DNA of 64,000 bases from an uncultured virus (IMG/VR IMGVR_UViG_3300027278_000424) (taxonomy: Duplodnaviria > Heunggongvirae > Uroviricota > Caudoviricetes), in IMG/VR virus record IMGVR_UViG_3300027278_000424. The stretch is one strand, 5' to 3'. How positions within the stretch are numbered: the first letter of the stretch is position 1; every line of letters starts with the position of its first letter. Below, piece after piece: positions 45,573-54,308 of the stretch. The notes below the pieces were generated by a model, which did not search any database, was not told the origin of the DNA, and saw only the letters and a program-made list of their open reading frames with translations. The position numbers and the translations under genes were made by a program.

Positions 45573-45731
45573 ATGAATGGGTATCGATTTTACAGTAAAG
45601 AAGACCCTGAAAAAGAAACTATTATGGCCTGGCCTTCTAGTTCTTTTGAAACGGCAGTAGAAAGATTTGCACAAATTAAGAATCTTCCAGTAGAAGATTT
45701 TACTAAACTATTTGAAGTAGAAAGATTATGA
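45573..45731 (+). CDS. Small hypothetical protein, 52 aa (not in ORF track)
   Basis: MNGYRFYSKEDPEKE...; ATGA-coupled to the next gene. Confidence 0.55.
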   Translation: MNGYRFYSKEDPEKETIMAWPSSSFETAVERFAQIKNLPVEDFTKLFEVERL

Positions 45732-46135
45732 TTGAACCTAGAAAAAAAGTCAGACAAGTCCTATTTTCTATTCATCAATTATCTTACCGCATCAAAGAAA
45801 AATCCCCAAGTAACGAGCATATGAATAAAAAAATATTCATAGAGGTTTTAGAACAATTAAAGTTAATCGAAGAGCGTAGGGATTTTATGGAAGAAGAAAT
45901 AGGAATGGATATGACACAGTACGAAGATCAATTCTTCTCAGTCATTGAGAACCTATTTAAATTAGCTTTCAATAAACAGCAACTTGGACTCATTCAATTA
46001 TACCTCTATCAGTTAGTACCGGACAAAGAATGGGACGGAACAATCACAATAGAATTAGGTAAAGAAGAAAAGGTAGTAAATTTTAAAACACCTGAAGATG
46101 TTTGGAATACTATAAACTTATTTACAAATGGTTAA
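45728..46135 (+). CDS. Hypothetical protein
   Basis: 135-aa ORF. Confidence 0.7.
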   Translation: MIEPRKKVRQVLFSIHQLSYRIKEKSPSNEHMNKKIFIEVLEQLKLIEERRDFMEEEIGMDMTQYEDQFFSVIENLFKLAFNKQQLGLIQLYLYQLVPDKEWDGTITIELGKEEKVVNFKTPEDVWNTINLFTNG

Positions 46136-46457
46136 CGTAAGTGATACAGCAGCACAGCAGCTACTAAATATATTTATAGAAGAGAATAAAGACCCAAAAG
46201 AAAACTACGTAAGAGTAGGAGTTAAATCAGGAGGATGTTCCGGTTTATCTTACATATTAGACTTTGAGGATAAAGCTTCGGAAGACGATAAAGTAGTAGA
46301 ATCAAATGGAGTAAATCTTCTTATAGATAAAAAGAGTCTTTTATACCTTATCGGGACTACATTAGAATATTCTTCCGGACTAAACGGTAAAGGATTTCAT
46401 TGGACTAATCCAAACGCACAAAGAAGTTGCGGATGTGGAGAAAGTTTTTCACTATAA
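46128..46457 (+). CDS. iscA: A-type Fe-S cluster carrier (IscA/HesB)
   Basis: GGCSGLSY and NPNAQRSCGCGESF. Confidence 0.93.
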   Translation: MVNVSDTAAQQLLNIFIEENKDPKENYVRVGVKSGGCSGLSYILDFEDKASEDDKVVESNGVNLLIDKKSLLYLIGTTLEYSSGLNGKGFHWTNPNAQRSCGCGESFSL

Positions 46458-46517
46458 AGTTGCTAGATTAAATTATTATTCTTATATTTAGTATTATTAA
46501 TTAACTAAAGGTTATAT

Positions 46518-46901
46518 ATGCAATTAGAAATGATTGAGTGCCCTAAATGCGGCAACGACTTCCCATTAAAAAGAAAAGAGTTAGGTTACCATGTATGTGT
46601 TAACTGTTCGACAACTAAAGCAGTAGTAGGCGTTACTACAGTAGAAGGAAGTGGAGACCATACTTACAATGATCTTATTATTATGGATCAAGATCAATAC
46701 CTTTCTATTAAAAGAAAAGAAGCTGAACTATCAGGTAAGAAATCAGACTTATTAGAAATTCTAGACTTAGACAGAGACGAAAACGAAGTAAGCCAATCAG
46801 TAAAAGAACAAGTCAACGTAATATTAGATGACGACTTGGAAGCAGAGGAAGACGAACAAGACGTTGACAGAACAGGTCAAATAGAAGGAATAGATTACTA
46901 G
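46518..46901 (+). CDS. Zn-finger protein with acidic tail
   Basis: CPKCG...R.ELGY..CVNC. Confidence 0.7.
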   Translation: MQLEMIECPKCGNDFPLKRKELGYHVCVNCSTTKAVVGVTTVEGSGDHTYNDLIIMDQDQYLSIKRKEAELSGKKSDLLEILDLDRDENEVSQSVKEQVNVILDDDLEAEEDEQDVDRTGQIEGIDY

Positions 46902-46902
46902 T

Positions 46903-47898
46903 ATGGATTTTGAAAATTACTTTAGAGACATAGGAAGGAAAGTTATATACAAAGCTGTAAACGGTGAGTACGACAAAGGTATAGATATGTTTAGTTATAA
47001 TGCTAAAGGAATAGATAACCATAAAAATCTCTATAAGTCTATACCTAATTTTAAAACTCAAGAGGATTTATGGGAGTTCTTATTAACTCACTTACCGGAT
47101 GGGTATAAAGTTGGCACTTTTAACTTACCTCCTGAAGATATATACTCTGTATTTAGCCCAATCGACCTAGTACATCAAGCTATTGAGTTTTTGGAACTAT
47201 ACAAGGAAGGTAGTGATTGGAAAGCTTTGATTAGCGATCTAGAATTTAAAAATGGTAAAACACTACTCTTACCTGTATACACACACTATTTTAAATTATC
47301 TCAATTAGCACGTATCTACATAAAGGCTGGTCTAAATTTTACATACCCTCCAACTGCAAATAAAATTTTAAACTTACCTAAATACTTCTTACACCCAGGA
47401 GGTTTTAGACAGTTAATCTACCAAGTATTTTCACCTGATAAAAATATAGAAGTGCTTGGGCTAGCAGCTAAAGATGTTGAAGTAGTTAAAGAATTTAACA
47501 GTACTGAGAGTATATTAGAGTATTTTAAACTTAATACAGAAACAGCAGAATTAGATATTACCTTACATGGTTTCGAAAATTTACTCCTGCCTCAATTTGC
47601 TTTCGGCTATACAGACTACCACAAAGGACTAAAATCAGAGTTTATAAACTTTCTCAAATTTTTTGATTCTGTAAACATATTTACCAACTTTATGTTTACT
47701 CATAAGAGTATAGATCAAAGTAAAGTAAAAACTGATTACTTTATAGAATTAGAAGATAAGGAAGATCCAATAATAATACTAAAAGTATTTCTTCTACTAC
47801 CTTTTTTAGAAACTAAAGATAGACACTATTTTGAGGAAATCCCAGGTGTAGTAGTAAGAGAATTAAAACCGATTAAGATTACTAAAACTAACAACTAA
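46903..47898 (+). CDS. Hypothetical protein
   Basis: 331-aa ORF; no family recognised. Confidence 0.7.
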   Translation: MDFENYFRDIGRKVIYKAVNGEYDKGIDMFSYNAKGIDNHKNLYKSIPNFKTQEDLWEFLLTHLPDGYKVGTFNLPPEDIYSVFSPIDLVHQAIEFLELYKEGSDWKALISDLEFKNGKTLLLPVYTHYFKLSQLARIYIKAGLNFTYPPTANKILNLPKYFLHPGGFRQLIYQVFSPDKNIEVLGLAAKDVEVVKEFNSTESILEYFKLNTETAELDITLHGFENLLLPQFAFGYTDYHKGLKSEFINFLKFFDSVNIFTNFMFTHKSIDQSKVKTDYFIELEDKEDPIIILKVFLLLPFLETKDRHYFEEIPGVVVRELKPIKITKTNN

Positions 47899-47901
47899 AA
47901 A

Positions 47902-48534
47902 TTGCCTAGAGCTCCAAAAATATTAACCAAAGAAGATATACAAAGAGCACAATTAAGAACTCGTTCTAATTTAGCAGCAGCAAGATATCTTCATGTTTCC
48001 TACCCACACTATAGGAAGTATGCTTTGTTATTTAAAAACGAAGACGGAGTTACTTTATTTGAAGCTCATAAAAATCAAGAGGGTAAAGGTATAGCCAAAT
48101 TTAATCCTAACGGAATAAATGAACCTCCTCTATTAGATATCTTAGAAGGTAGAGTACCTTTAGAACATTTTGACTCAAAAAGAATCAAAGAGAGAATAAT
48201 CTTTGAAGCTCTAATAGAAGAGAAATGTGCCCATTGCGGATTCTCAGAGAAGAGAGTACATGATACTAAAGTACCTATCATCTTAAACCATAAGGACGGT
48301 AATAGGAAGAACTGGCTTGTCGAGAATTTAGAATTCTTATGTTACAATTGTGCATTTTTGTACGCTACTTCTCCTATTACCGACAATCAGGTAGATAGAA
48401 TGGAAGATTATGTAGATAAATCTGATGAAGAGTTTACTTGGGAGATGGATGAAGCTACAGTAGAACATCTTAAGAACTTAGGACTGTACGAAGAAGAGAA
48501 GAGACCTGGAGATGAGTACATCTCTAGACTTTAA
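47902..48534 (+). CDS. HNH-like nuclease with N-terminal HTH
   Basis: SNLAAARYLHVSY; CAHCG...LNHKDGN..N...ENLEFLCYNC; TTG start. Confidence 0.75.
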   Translation: MPRAPKILTKEDIQRAQLRTRSNLAAARYLHVSYPHYRKYALLFKNEDGVTLFEAHKNQEGKGIAKFNPNGINEPPLLDILEGRVPLEHFDSKRIKERIIFEALIEEKCAHCGFSEKRVHDTKVPIILNHKDGNRKNWLVENLEFLCYNCAFLYATSPITDNQVDRMEDYVDKSDEEFTWEMDEATVEHLKNLGLYEEEKRPGDEYISRL

Positions 48535-48547
48535 TCTATTTATTATT

Positions 48548-48697
48548 ATGACAAAGAAGAAAACTAGTAAGCTTTCTACCTTTAAAAAGAATAAACCTCT
48601 CGAAAGAAAAGTAGCCGATGACTTAGTAAGGCTACATGAACGTAATGAAAAGTTACGTGAAAAAGAGATAGGAACTTCCTTTTTAGACCTATTTTAG
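48548..48697 (+). CDS. Small basic hypothetical protein (likely start MTKKK)
   Basis: Follows a TATTTAT motif. Confidence 0.5.
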   Translation: MTKKKTSKLSTFKKNKPLERKVADDLVRLHERNEKLREKEIGTSFLDLF

Positions 48698-48748
48698 TTG
48701 GTCGTTATCTTTTTTTTCCTTATCTTTAATTAACTTAAAAAACCTATT

Positions 48749-49312
48749 ATGATGTATAGATATGACAGAGTAACTTTGGAATTTAAAAAAATTAAGTATA
48801 GTGAAATTTTCTTTAAAACTATATTAGCAACTGTAGTTCTATTTACTCTTTTTAGTTTAACCTATAAATTAGATAGAACTAAAATAGATCAACTCACCGA
48901 CGAAGAGAAACTAATAATTATCTCAGACTATAATGAATTTTCGGAAGAAAAACTTGTTGCTAAGATTAAGGAATTGAACTTTAGATACCCACATATTGTA
49001 TTAGCACAAGCAAAACTAGAAACAGGTTACTTTAAATCAGAAAGTTTTACTTACGCTAATAACTTATTTGGTATGAAACAAGCTAAAGCAAGAGCAAATA
49101 CTGCTGTTGGAACTTCAAGAGGTCATGCTCGTTACGATAGTTGGATTGAAAGTCTATATGACTATGCTCTTTTCCATAACGCTTATTTAAATAAGTTAAG
49201 AACTGAAGCACTCTACTACGCCTACTTAGGTCAAAATTATGCTGAAGATCCTAAATATGTCGATAAATTAAAAGCTATAGTAGAAAAACAAGAATTAAAA
49301 AATAAATTCTAA
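48749..49312 (+). CDS. Membrane-anchored glucosaminidase (GH73-like) peptidoglycan hydrolase
   Basis: AQAKLETG, NNLFGMK, YAEDPKY; N-terminal TM segment. Confidence 0.85.
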   Translation: MMYRYDRVTLEFKKIKYSEIFFKTILATVVLFTLFSLTYKLDRTKIDQLTDEEKLIIISDYNEFSEEKLVAKIKELNFRYPHIVLAQAKLETGYFKSESFTYANNLFGMKQAKARANTAVGTSRGHARYDSWIESLYDYALFHNAYLNKLRTEALYYAYLGQNYAEDPKYVDKLKAIVEKQELKNKF

Positions 49313-49318
49313 AAAGTT

Positions 49319-49687
49319 ATGAATTTACTATTTCCAAAGTATAAATTATCAGACAAAGAAATACAAATTAAACATATTATTGAAAACCTAATTAATGACC
49401 CTGTTACTGTTAAGTTAATGGATCCAATTACATCTCATTATTACTTAGATAACAAAAAGTTGGGATACTTTATTCTCATTAGTTACAGTATTATAAAAAT
49501 TACAAATCATAAATTCTACTATACAGAAAATATTAGCAGTAGATTTAGCAGTGAAATTGAAAAATCAATCCAGGTAGCAATAAGTAAAGATAGAAGAAGA
49601 ATTGAAGACGAAATGTTTAAAAACGAATCTGATCTTTTGACAAATATTCTTAAAAAAGTCACAGTTCCTAGTTTGAAATCTGAATAA
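49319..49687 (+). CDS. Hypothetical protein
   Basis: 122-aa ORF. Confidence 0.65.
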   Translation: MNLLFPKYKLSDKEIQIKHIIENLINDPVTVKLMDPITSHYYLDNKKLGYFILISYSIIKITNHKFYYTENISSRFSSEIEKSIQVAISKDRRRIEDEMFKNESDLLTNILKKVTVPSLKSE

Positions 49688-49721
49688 TATTTCTTATCTT
49701 TATGTATATAAAAAATAGGTT

Positions 49722-50039
49722 ATGGCAGAAAAGAGGGGTGAAATTGAGAAAATTATAAATGATTTCAACACAGCTGGTAGTTTAGAGATAAACCATCCTG
49801 TAGTAGGTTGGCATAGAGTTACAGCTAAAGACTTCAGATCATTTGATGGCGAAAGAAGAATTACCGAGCCTGAATATACCAGACTTAGTACGGTTGAAGT
49901 TCCTATGAAGACAGTAGAGTACTTTGGCCCTGTATACTATTGGGGAACTAATAAAGAAGTACGTCCTACTAATTCAGGAAAGATAATTGATAGCCCTATA
50001 CAGGCAAAGTTAAACAGAATCTCAGGAAGTAAAGGTTAA
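49722..50039 (+). CDS. Hypothetical protein
   Basis: After a promoter at 49672-49702. Confidence 0.7.
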   Translation: MAEKRGEIEKIINDFNTAGSLEINHPVVGWHRVTAKDFRSFDGERRITEPEYTRLSTVEVPMKTVEYFGPVYYWGTNKEVRPTNSGKIIDSPIQAKLNRISGSKG

Positions 50040-50043
50040 TATA

Positions 50044-50337
50044 GTGAAGTTACATTTCGAAAATACACACGAGTTTGAAGTCCTATTCAAAAATAAATCA
50101 ATAGAAGTTACAAATGCTATCTACTTAGGTATTGAAAAAGCAATGCAGGATGGTAAAAAGACTGCTATGTTATTTGAGATTACTTTCGAAGAAGCAGAAA
50201 GAGCATTTGAAATATCTCTTCCCCGATCTCAATGGGTACAGGCATTAGAGTCCTGTCTTAAACATTTTCACGAACTTGAAATGTCAAATGAAGCAATAGA
50301 TTGCTGGAAACTATTAGAAGCAGCAAAAGTCTGGTAA
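50044..50337 (+). CDS. Hypothetical protein
   Basis: 97-aa ORF, GTG start. Confidence 0.65.
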   Translation: MKLHFENTHEFEVLFKNKSIEVTNAIYLGIEKAMQDGKKTAMLFEITFEEAERAFEISLPRSQWVQALESCLKHFHELEMSNEAIDCWKLLEAAKVW

Positions 50338-50354
50338 AAATAAAAAGTAAAGTT

Positions 50355-50615
50355 ATGCCAATAAAAAAAGTATCAGTTACAAAGACATCACAGTATTATG
50401 TAGATGGGGAAGGTACAGTAGATAGAGATCGAATAGTTACTCTATCTCATGATTGGACTGAAAGAGACATAACCCTCTTTAAGAAACTAGCCAAACAAGG
50501 CGGTACCTGTAGACTTCAGGGGCTTAAGTATACAATCATACCAGGAGAAAAAATAACAACATCCAAAGGATGGGCGGATGCTGGAGCAGCTCCAATGCCT
50601 GGACCAGAAAATTAA
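50355..50615 (+). CDS. Hypothetical protein (likely start MPIKK)
   Basis: Packed ORF. Confidence 0.6.
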   Translation: MPIKKVSVTKTSQYYVDGEGTVDRDRIVTLSHDWTERDITLFKKLAKQGGTCRLQGLKYTIIPGEKITTSKGWADAGAAPMPGPEN

Positions 50616-50620
50616 TAGTT

Positions 50621-50869
50621 ATGAAAGAACAAGACTTAATTGATCTAGGATTTATAAAGAATGATGTATCAGCAGAAGAATCAGGAGATATTTCATTCTA
50701 CTACTATACTTATGATATTACAGATGAGTTGTGTTTGATATCAAGTGATGATGGAGAGGCTAAAAAAGATGGATGGTCTGTAGAGATGTTTGATTACGAT
50801 GGTATTAAGTTTACTAATGTAGAAGACTTAAAAACTCTTATTGATGTTATAGAAAGGAATAAGTTATGA
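50621..50869 (+). CDS. Hypothetical protein (likely start MKEQD)
   Basis: Packed ORF, ATGA-coupled to the next gene. Confidence 0.65.
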   Translation: MKEQDLIDLGFIKNDVSAEESGDISFYYYTYDITDELCLISSDDGEAKKDGWSVEMFDYDGIKFTNVEDLKTLIDVIERNKL

Positions 50870-51513
50870 AAAATAGGTTCGAACTAAAAGATACCCGAAC
50901 ATTTGGACAAAAGGTAAAATCCTTTCTTCAATCACTTTTATTTTGGAAAGGTAGAAAGAAAGGAATGATTCACACTCGTAATTTAGAGTGGGGTGATTTT
51001 CGTTATATCTTTTTTCCTAAAAAGTTAGAAAAGTTTGGGTATTTAGGAATCACATTCTACAAAGAAGATAGTCCTTACTTTAAAGCAATCTATCCATTAG
51101 TTCTTGCAATGGATTATGAAGCAAAACCAAAATGGTGTCCAAGATGGTTTCTTCGTTTTCTTCATGTCTTCGGTGATGATAAAAGTTTGGTAAGAGTTAG
51201 AAACCATAAGTTGAGTAATCTACATAGAAGATTAACCAAAGGAATTCAGTTCTGGGATTGGAAAACAAAATGGACTGATTATGACCTTCGTATTTCCATA
51301 AGTGGACCAGAACATCTACAAAATCTTGCTGATAATATAGAACGAGGGTATTATAGTAGAGGTAGACAAAAAGAGTTGGTAGAACAGATTAAAAAATTTG
51401 ACCCGAGTGCAGGTATTATTTGGGGTAGTGTTAGTAGGTTAGAAGAACAACTTGAAGAACTAGAAAATAAAGAAGATGAAAGCAATACTAGAATTTCAAC
51501 TCCCGGAAGATAA
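50866..51513 (+). CDS. Hypothetical protein
   Basis: 215-aa ORF. Confidence 0.7.
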   Translation: MKNRFELKDTRTFGQKVKSFLQSLLFWKGRKKGMIHTRNLEWGDFRYIFFPKKLEKFGYLGITFYKEDSPYFKAIYPLVLAMDYEAKPKWCPRWFLRFLHVFGDDKSLVRVRNHKLSNLHRRLTKGIQFWDWKTKWTDYDLRISISGPEHLQNLADNIERGYYSRGRQKELVEQIKKFDPSAGIIWGSVSRLEEQLEELENKEDESNTRISTPGR

Positions 51514-51709
51514 ACAAGATTTTGATTTCGCAACTCAAGGTTCGGATTGGTGGAATGTTTGTTGGGAAATGGACCAATGGCTCAGAGGAGAAATGAAACA
51601 TCCAGCTGGCGATATGAGCGATGATACTTACGAGGCATTACAAAAATGTAGAGAGAAACTAAGAGAACTGATTGACGATAGTAACCTTAATTTAGATAAC
51701 GTATTATGA
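51476..51709 (+). CDS. Hypothetical protein
   Basis: MKAILEFQLPED start, typical of small phage ORFs. Confidence 0.65.
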   Translation: MKAILEFQLPEDKQDFDFATQGSDWWNVCWEMDQWLRGEMKHPAGDMSDDTYEALQKCREKLRELIDDSNLNLDNVL

Positions 51710-52035
51710 GTAAAGTAGAACAAAGAAAGATACTAATTGATATAATGAAAGCAGACGAAGCTTCTGGTCTATATGAAGAGTTAAATTGGAAGCTTGTTAG
51801 AGAAAGAGATGGACTTACTAAAGAATCAGAAAAGGTTCTATGGATTGAATTTAATGAAGATGGTAGATTTAAAGAGAAGTTTGATGAGGTAGCAGTAGGA
51901 AGATCTCTTCTTATGTCTCCATTCAATCAGTTCTTTACATGGCAGACTACTTCTATAACAGAGATAGTAGAGCAGAAAGAGGATTACATTAAATTCAAAA
52001 CACAAAATTCAAACTACGAATTATTTAAGTTATGA
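51706..52035 (+). CDS. Hypothetical protein
   Basis: Contains WQTT and FKTQNSNYEL. Confidence 0.65.
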   Translation: MSKVEQRKILIDIMKADEASGLYEELNWKLVRERDGLTKESEKVLWIEFNEDGRFKEKFDEVAVGRSLLMSPFNQFFTWQTTSITEIVEQKEDYIKFKTQNSNYELFKL

Positions 52036-52445
52036 AAGCATATAAAATGACAAACCGATATGGAGATAAATTTACATTTACTCCTCAAGAAGACGGAACC
52101 ATATTATGGGAAGGTAATTTTGAATATTGTAGATTTGGTTGGCCTAATGACTACACAAAAGCCTTCTTTGAATATACAAGAGATACCGGAGGAGGTATTT
52201 CATTAGAACAGTTTAGAGAATTAGTTCACGCTTATGATGAGGTAAAAGAATCATATGTATTAGAAGACAATAAATATAGAGAACTTGTTACATCTAATAA
52301 AGCTATTATTAATATGGTAGATCCATCTGGCGGACCATACTTAACTTCCGGAATGGCAGTAGAAAGTATATCTAAAGAATTAACTGATATGGAAATAGAG
52401 AGATTTGAATCGGTTAAAGAGGGTTGGAAAATATATTTAAGATAG
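52032..52445 (+). CDS. Hypothetical protein
   Basis: Contains NRYGD and VDPSGGPY. Confidence 0.7.
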   Translation: MKAYKMTNRYGDKFTFTPQEDGTILWEGNFEYCRFGWPNDYTKAFFEYTRDTGGGISLEQFRELVHAYDEVKESYVLEDNKYRELVTSNKAIINMVDPSGGPYLTSGMAVESISKELTDMEIERFESVKEGWKIYLR

Positions 52446-52505
52446 TTGTTTATTTGAATTATTCTTCTTATATTAAGGTATAATTAAAAAATGATAATAA
52501 AGGTT

Positions 52506-53723
52506 ATGAAAAAAATTATTTTAAGTCTAAGCATTCTTTTTATAGTTAGCTGTACAAAAGATTCATTTACAGATACTGAACTTGAAAAAGTAATTGACAC
52601 AGTACCTATCGCAGATAACCCATTTAGTGTAACCTATACACCCGATTATACGAAACCTTCTTACTATACCAGATTGCCATTTCCAGAAAATGTAAAAAAT
52701 GGTACATATAGAGAGTTTAGCAATTGGCACCCTCCTCTAGAAGCTGTAGTTTTAGACTACGATAAAGATGGTTACTTAGACATTATAGACAATCAATCAG
52801 ACTACGGGGTATTTAGAAGAAACAGTATACTATTTCTAAAAGGTAATTCTTCTGGTAAGTTAGATATTGATAGGGAGAACTCATATAAACATACTGGTCT
52901 CATTCATGGGCGGAAAGGTCTTGTAGGTGATTACAATGGAGATGGATGGCCAGATGTATTTTTTATTGGACATGGATACGATGTAGTAGACGGAAATCCA
53001 AGAGATGAATACCCCATAATGCTCCTTAATAATCAGGGGAAAGATTTTGAATATAGAGCTTTTGAATCAGTAGTTGGTTTTTTTCATACGGGTGCTAGTG
53101 GAGATATAGATAACGATGGAGATTTAGATATACTAGTAATTGACGGTACTAAAGGAGTTAGTAATTCTTATATCTTTATCAACGACGGAAGTGGTAACTT
53201 TGAAAAGAAAACTTTAGATCAATATTCGTCTATACCTAATAATCTCTATGATTCATTTTTCCAAAAATGGACTGTGGAACTAAAAGATATAGACAACAAC
53301 GGGTACTTAGATATTATAATAGCTGGTGCACCGGATATGTATGATAGTACACCGCCTACTATAATGTTGAATTCTGCAAATGGATTTACCAGTAAAATTG
53401 AACTACCAAGAGAACCTGTATATAAATTAGTTGTAGATATAGACTTTTATGATTTTGATGGTGACGGGATAGATGAGTTAATACTAAACAGAACACCTTT
53501 AAATTATATATCTTATAAAGTTACTATTCATAGTTTAACTAGTGACGAGTACTTAACCACTACCTACTTCAATAACAGTGAGTATACAGGTCAGACTTCA
53601 GATAAATGGATGTATTGGATTTCTATCATTGAAAAAGATGGGGAACTATATTTAAAGGGAGACGATATGTATACTCCACATGAATGGATTTTTGAAGATG
53701 GAAAGTTTAAAAAAATAAAATAA
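52506..53723 (+). CDS. FG-GAP/VCBS repeat lipoprotein
   Basis: Lipobox IVSC; repeats DYDKDGYLD, DYNGDGWPD, DIDNDGDLD, DIDNNGYLD, DFDGDGIDE. Confidence 0.85.
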   Translation: MKKIILSLSILFIVSCTKDSFTDTELEKVIDTVPIADNPFSVTYTPDYTKPSYYTRLPFPENVKNGTYREFSNWHPPLEAVVLDYDKDGYLDIIDNQSDYGVFRRNSILFLKGNSSGKLDIDRENSYKHTGLIHGRKGLVGDYNGDGWPDVFFIGHGYDVVDGNPRDEYPIMLLNNQGKDFEYRAFESVVGFFHTGASGDIDNDGDLDILVIDGTKGVSNSYIFINDGSGNFEKKTLDQYSSIPNNLYDSFFQKWTVELKDIDNNGYLDIIIAGAPDMYDSTPPTIMLNSANGFTSKIELPREPVYKLVVDIDFYDFDGDGIDELILNRTPLNYISYKVTIHSLTSDEYLTTTYFNNSEYTGQTSDKWMYWISIIEKDGELYLKGDDMYTPHEWIFEDGKFKKIK

Positions 53724-54122
53724 ATGATAAAAGGAGTAATTGCCGGAAACTTTGACGTAATGCATCCAGGCTACATAAAGATGTTTAAAGAAGCAGCAGC
53801 AAATTGCGACTGTTTAGTAGTCTTACTTCATACTGACCCTTCTATTGAACGCCCACATAAGCTTAAACCTATTCTATCTATAGAAGAACGTAAAGAGATG
53901 TTGTTTGAATTAAAATCAATATGTGGCATACTTACGTATACTTATGAAGAACAGCTCTTAGACTTACTAAAAATGGGGGAGTTTGATGTAAGGTTCCTTG
54001 GAGATGATTATAAAGGTAAGCCTTTTACTGGAGACTATCTAAACATTCCTATTTATTATTTGAATAGGGATCACGGGTGGTCTACTACAAAGTTTAAAAA
54101 AATGATAGCTAAAACTGTATGA
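53724..54122 (+). CDS. Cytidylyltransferase (TagD/RfaE-II-like)
   Basis: AGNFDVMHPGY, ER.EML, LGDDY, R.HGWSTT. Confidence 0.85.
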   Translation: MIKGVIAGNFDVMHPGYIKMFKEAAANCDCLVVLLHTDPSIERPHKLKPILSIEERKEMLFELKSICGILTYTYEEQLLDLLKMGEFDVRFLGDDYKGKPFTGDYLNIPIYYLNRDHGWSTTKFKKMIAKTV

Positions 54123-54308
54123 TAATACAGGAAAAGATTTTAACCCCTCACCTAGCTACAGAAGTTACTTCCGGAAAACGTTTAGTACTCGTATAATGTT
54201 CTTAAGACAAGAAAACTTACAAATTAAAAGTGGATTAATTTGAATCTTCTTATTAGATTACAAAACATACCTATATTTATATTAAATAAAGCTTTATAAC
54301 TTATAATC

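Noticed and set aside
47902..48534. HNH gene as part of a group I intron
   Set aside because: Flanking ORFs do not look like halves of one gene and there is no room for an intron core.
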